Source: Batkoa obscura (taxonomy: Eukaryota). From it: a stretch of DNA of 64,000 nucleotides. Position numbers and translations under genes: made by a program. Positions 59,688-64,000 of this stretch are shown piece by piece (the stretch's first letter is position 1; each line of letters starts with the position of its first letter). Location of the stretch: contig JASVEC010000014.1 in assembly GCA_030770535.1 (NCBI GenBank), positions 62,001 through 126,000 of the forward strand, in the 5' to 3' direction. The notes beneath the pieces are model-generated. The model saw nothing but the letters and a program-made list of their open reading frames with translations. It ran no database searches and was not told the DNA's origin.

Positions 59688-60965
59688 TCATGGTTTATTT
59701 CCAGAAACAACACCAACATCTCTTAAAGCCCAAGGAAATGGATTAGGTTCTTTAGGTAAACTTAGTTTGATACCATTTTTAAATGTTAAATGATGTTTTA
59801 ATCTTTTAGTATTAGTAAGATTATTATTAGCTGTATCTTGAAAACTAAAATTTCCATATTCAATTTCAAAAATAGCAATATCCGCTTTATAACCTTTTTT
59901 TAAATAACCTAAATTATTATTTAGTTTTAATATCTTTGCTGGATTAACCGTGGTCATTTTAATTACTTCAATTAAAGGTATTCCTAAAGCTACCATTTTA
60001 TTCACAACATTTAATAAATTTTTAGCTGTAGAAATACGTGATACTTGATGTAAATCAGAACTAATTGTATTGGGTAAATAATTTGATTGAATTAAAGGTA
60101 ATGCCACTTTAAAATTAAAACCACCACCGCCATGTCCAACATCAAATAAGACACCTTTATTAAACAATTTAATTAATACATCTTTGGGTGTTTTGTAATC
60201 TTCTAATATTAATTTATTCCCATGTCCATTATAAAAATGAGTAATGATATCCCCTTGAATTAAATAAGGTTCGATATCTTCAATTGTTGGTGGTGAATGT
60301 CCAATATGAATCATTAAAGGAATGTTAAATTTAGTTGCTATTTTACGAGCCATAAATAATCCTGTTAAATCCCCATCTTTAGTAGTAAATTTGTCTAATC
60401 TTACTTTGATTCCTTTAATAAACTCTAAATTCTCTTCAATGATATCTAAAGTAGAATTAAAATCCAAAGATAATTCAGTATTCATTAATTCCCCAGTACG
60501 TAATACGAGCCCTTGTCCTACAATATTTATAAACGAATAAATAGACAATGGACTATTTGAAATTACAGTTTCTTTGAAATTAGTAAATGTAAAACAACCT
60601 GCGGATCCAGTATCTAATATAGTTGTTACTCCAGATTCAATAGCACTTCTCTCTGGTTTAATACCCCAATAAGTACCACCATAATAAGCATGAACATGCA
60701 TATCAATTAAACCTGGAGTAACTAATTTATTTTTTAAATCAATAACTTTATAATCAATATTATAGTCACTATTATTGAGATAGATGTTACTACCAATTGC
60801 TTCTATCTTGCCATTTTTTATCAATATATCGGATGAATAAATTGAGTTTTTTTCAACATCAACAAGTTGTCCATTTTTTAAATAATAATTATTAGCCTTT
60901 TCATGACATTTTTTAACGCTTTGGATCCCTGTTAAATAGAATAAAATTATTAATAAAGACTTCAT
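59688..60965 (-). CDS. Intronless COG3964-family amidohydrolase paralog with a predicted signal peptide
   Basis: N-terminus MKSLLIILFYLTGIQS. Same metal-binding motifs as 51649-52872. Confidence 0.88.
   Translation of the reverse strand: MKSLLIILFYLTGIQSVKKCHEKANNYYLKNGQLVDVEKNSIYSSDILIKNGKIEAIGSNIYLNNSDYNIDYKVIDLKNKLVTPGLIDMHVHAYYGGTYWGIKPERSAIESGVTTILDTGSAGCFTFTNFKETVISNSPLSIYSFINIVGQGLVLRTGELMNTELSLDFNSTLDIIEENLEFIKGIKVRLDKFTTKDGDLTGLFMARKIATKFNIPLMIHIGHSPPTIEDIEPYLIQGDIITHFYNGHGNKLILEDYKTPKDVLIKLFNKGVLFDVGHGGGGFNFKVALPLIQSNYLPNTISSDLHQVSRISTAKNLLNVVNKMVALGIPLIEVIKMTTVNPAKILKLNNNLGYLKKGYKADIAIFEIEYGNFSFQDTANNNLTNTKRLKHHLTFKNGIKLSLPKEPNPFPWALRDVGVVSGNKP
59925..60331 (-). repeat. Right arm of the 407-bp inverted repeat
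   Basis: Reverse complement of 52229-52635. Confidence 0.95.
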
Positions 60966-61346
60966 TTTTTAATATTTTTATCAATGTAATTTCAAATAAA
61001 TTACTTTATATACTCTTTTTATTTATATCTTATCATACAATAACTATTTATTAAATCATTTAACATTTATTTTTTTGTCTATTTTAATCTTTTTTGAGAC
61101 TTAATTCATATCCCTTCAACATGATCAGTTTATCAATAAAAGTTATGCAAACATAGAACATTTTTAATGGCAGTTGATTTTATTTTTATTAAATGCTTTA
61201 TCATTATACCTAGATAGAATTGACCTGATAGATCATTCAATTTTATTATTGTTGTTTTTAGATTAAGTTGAAGTTATTTTTAGTATTTTGATGAGATGAT
61301 GGCTTTAAACAAGTGTCTTACTATAATTAGATACATTCCTTAAAGA

Positions 61347-61450
61347 TATGGGAATGTATTTTTTGTTTGAGGATTTTACTAACAATTTTTCCACCCAAAT
61401 AGCGCTCAAAAAATGGAAAAAATAATGATGTTAAAAAAAACACTCCCATA
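61347..61450 (+). mobile_element. MITE copy
   Basis: tatgggaatgtatttttt...aaatagcgctcaaaaaatggaaaa...cactcccata. Confidence 0.88.
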
Positions 61451-62749
61451 TGTGAGTTGAAATTAGTTCAAATAATGGTGGGAAAATTAAGAAAGTGAGT
61501 GAAATTCCAATGTAAGTTGAATTAGAATTATAAAAGTTTGATAGATATTAAGGTCTATATGCTATAATGTCATATATTGGAACTATAAGTCTAATAGTTT
61601 CATTAATTTTATAATAACTTGATGTTACATTTACTTTTACTTTGAATTATTAATTTTTATATAATTTCAGTTATATTGTTAATTCAGTATTTTTAAATAA
61701 TTATAAAATAAAGAATATCAATGATTTATTAATATTTAAAAATAATGTGATTTTTCGTCTAGTGTTTAATAGTCAATATTTTCAATTATTATGTGAAAGA
61801 AATTATAATATTGAAGTTATTTATAAAATAATTAAATGTTTGGAATTTAATTATAAATAACAAATTTTATAAAAAGCCTGAGGTACTATATTTTTAACTG
61901 ATTTTTTGTAACAAAGTAATATCATATCTCGTACTTGATATTTTAATAATATATCAAAAAGTAATTAAAAAAGATAACTTTTCACAATCATTTAGAGTCT
62001 AAAATTTGACTTTGAATAGAAATTAGTTGAATTAATAAAAACATGCCCACATTATATGATTTAATATAATACATCATAACTAACAAATTTACAATATTAA
62101 TATAAGGTTCAAGAAGGATATAATTAATATCTGATCTGTTTCATTAACTGTCACATTTTTAATTAAAATTGTTAGAAAAATAGGACAACTAATATGAAAA
62201 CGACTGAGCAATAAAACATTTTATAATTCGCTTATATAATAATTTATAGCTTTTAATGACTGTACTTTGAAAGCTGTAATTGACATTTTAAGTATTTAAC
62301 ATTAATAATACTACAAATGGTTTTGATTGGGTTATTTAAATATATTAAAACACGACTTGTACGTGATTTTATTTAAAAAAAAGTAAAATTTCAATTTTAA
62401 AATCGAAAACTTAAGCTAATTAGCCAATGATTTAATACTCCAAAACTTTTTTAGTTAATTATGTCATTATCATATAACCATTACCAATCCTTGATAGAAT
62501 TGATTTGATATAAATAGGCCAACAAACGATCCATCATCAAATAATTTGGCGACCATCCATATAATTCAATGTTATTGGCTGATTTCAATTCTTTGATTGA
62601 AACACTTAAACAGCTGAATTGGGGGTTTAATAAACAATGATTCGCCATAAAATAATAGGTTTTTATTTAATTTTCATTTTCAATCAACCAACGATATTCC
62701 ATCCAAGTTGTAATAATCTAACCAATCCAAAGGCACTATCTAACTCAAC

Positions 62750-63921
62750 ATGGAGAACCCAAATAACCAATTGAATCAATTCCAATCTCAAGCCCAAGCC
62801 CATGCTCACGCTCAAGCTCAAGCTCAAGCTCAGGCCCAAGCTAACCAACAATTAGCTCAAAAACAGGCTCATCCACAAACCCAAAAACAAGCTCAAAATA
62901 TTGCTATCCAGCCATTGCCTCACTCCCAGTCTCATAGCTTAAGTCAAGCATCTAATCTACCTCATTCTCAACAGATTACAACTGCTACCCAACTTAACTT
63001 TGTACAATCCCAGGCAGAGCTTCAAGCTCAAGCAAATGCTATGAGACAGATTCAGTCCCAGCTTCAAGCCCATATTGATGCTGCTTCACATAATCGTAAC
63101 CAAAATCAAGCAATAAATAACAATGATAGCTCCGTACATAATGAAAATTATGTAGCTAACGCCAAAGGCTCCCTTCAGGTAATTGAAATATAAATAAGTT
63201 ATTTATGCGGTTTTTAAAACTATCTTATAGACCCTTCAAGCACTTCAAGCTTCTGGGTTTAGTCACCAACCTTTTAATGTAAGCTAAAAAAAATAGCTGA
63301 TATATTAAATTTTTTATTGAAATTATTGATAGCCTATAATGATGCCACCAAACACCATTGTTGTTAATGCACCTGCGCCACAGAATGATTCAGAAGAACC
63401 ATTATATGTTAACGCTAAGCAATATCATCGTATTCTTAAAAGACGTCAAGCTAGAGCACGTTTAGAAGCAGAAAATAAAATATCAAAAACAAGAAAGGTA
63501 AAAAAATATGACTTTCTAATAATAATTTATGTTTAAATATTTTCAATTTTATTAGAAATATCAGCATGAATCACGTCACAAACATGCCTTACGTAGGCCA
63601 CGTGGACCAGGTGGTCGCTTTTTAACTTCAGCTGAAATGAAGTATTATGAAGAAACGGGGAAATTGCCCGAATTTGTTAAAAAAGATGGTAATTTTTCAA
63701 ATTTTTGAATCTTTTTCAAGCTTAAGCTAATTAAAATTTTAGGTAACAGCACAGGTACAACTCAAACTGCAACTCAGGGGCAAGCACAATCACAAGGGGG
63801 ACAAAAAGAAGAGAATGGGAATGGAGCTGGATTGGTTAATGGTCAAGACATGTCCCAGTTTACGAGCCAAGAGTTTCAAAATTTTGCACAAAGTCAAATG
63901 CAACAGTTTAATCAAAGCTAG
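62750..63921 (+). CDS. HAP2: CCAAT-binding factor subunit HAP2/NF-YA (multi-exon)
   Basis: Q/A-rich N-terminus. EEPLYVNAKQYHRILKRRQARA and HESRHKHALRRPRGPGGRF. Confidence 0.95.
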
Positions 63922-64000
63922 AGCCTTTTAAAAAATTAAGATGGAGAAGAATAACTTTAATTTTAGTTATTACTTTGCTTTTATGTTTTGAGTCCTTTTT

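Overview
This is a very AT-rich, intron-rich eukaryotic window with short GT-AG introns. Gene content points to an early-diverging fungus; an Entomophthoromycotina/Zoopagomycota-like origin is my inference only. About 23 protein-coding genes are supported: a CFA-synthase-type methyltransferase, a small secreted peptide, an intronless Fungal_trans-like protein, ABC-F, PPM1, a Cys2-type serine O-succinyltransferase, PDB1, UAP1, PEX6, ACY1, VPS18, a small basic protein, a METTL22-like protein, cyclophilin, an ING-PHD protein, SSB, TBCD, NNF1, MRE11, an Fe-S serine dehydratase, HAP2 and two amidohydrolases. The left part (1-25 kb) holds transposon islands: most of the roughly 15 copies of a ~103-bp MITE family, a solo LTR with a target-site duplication, a second LTR nested in a MITE, and a possible gag relic. 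The most striking structure is a pair of intronless, bacterial-type COG3964 amidohydrolase paralogs, one cytosolic and one with a signal peptide. They lie in inverted orientation, share a 407-bp core identical at 406 positions, and bracket MRE11 and the serine dehydratase. Gene boundaries and alignments were read by eye.
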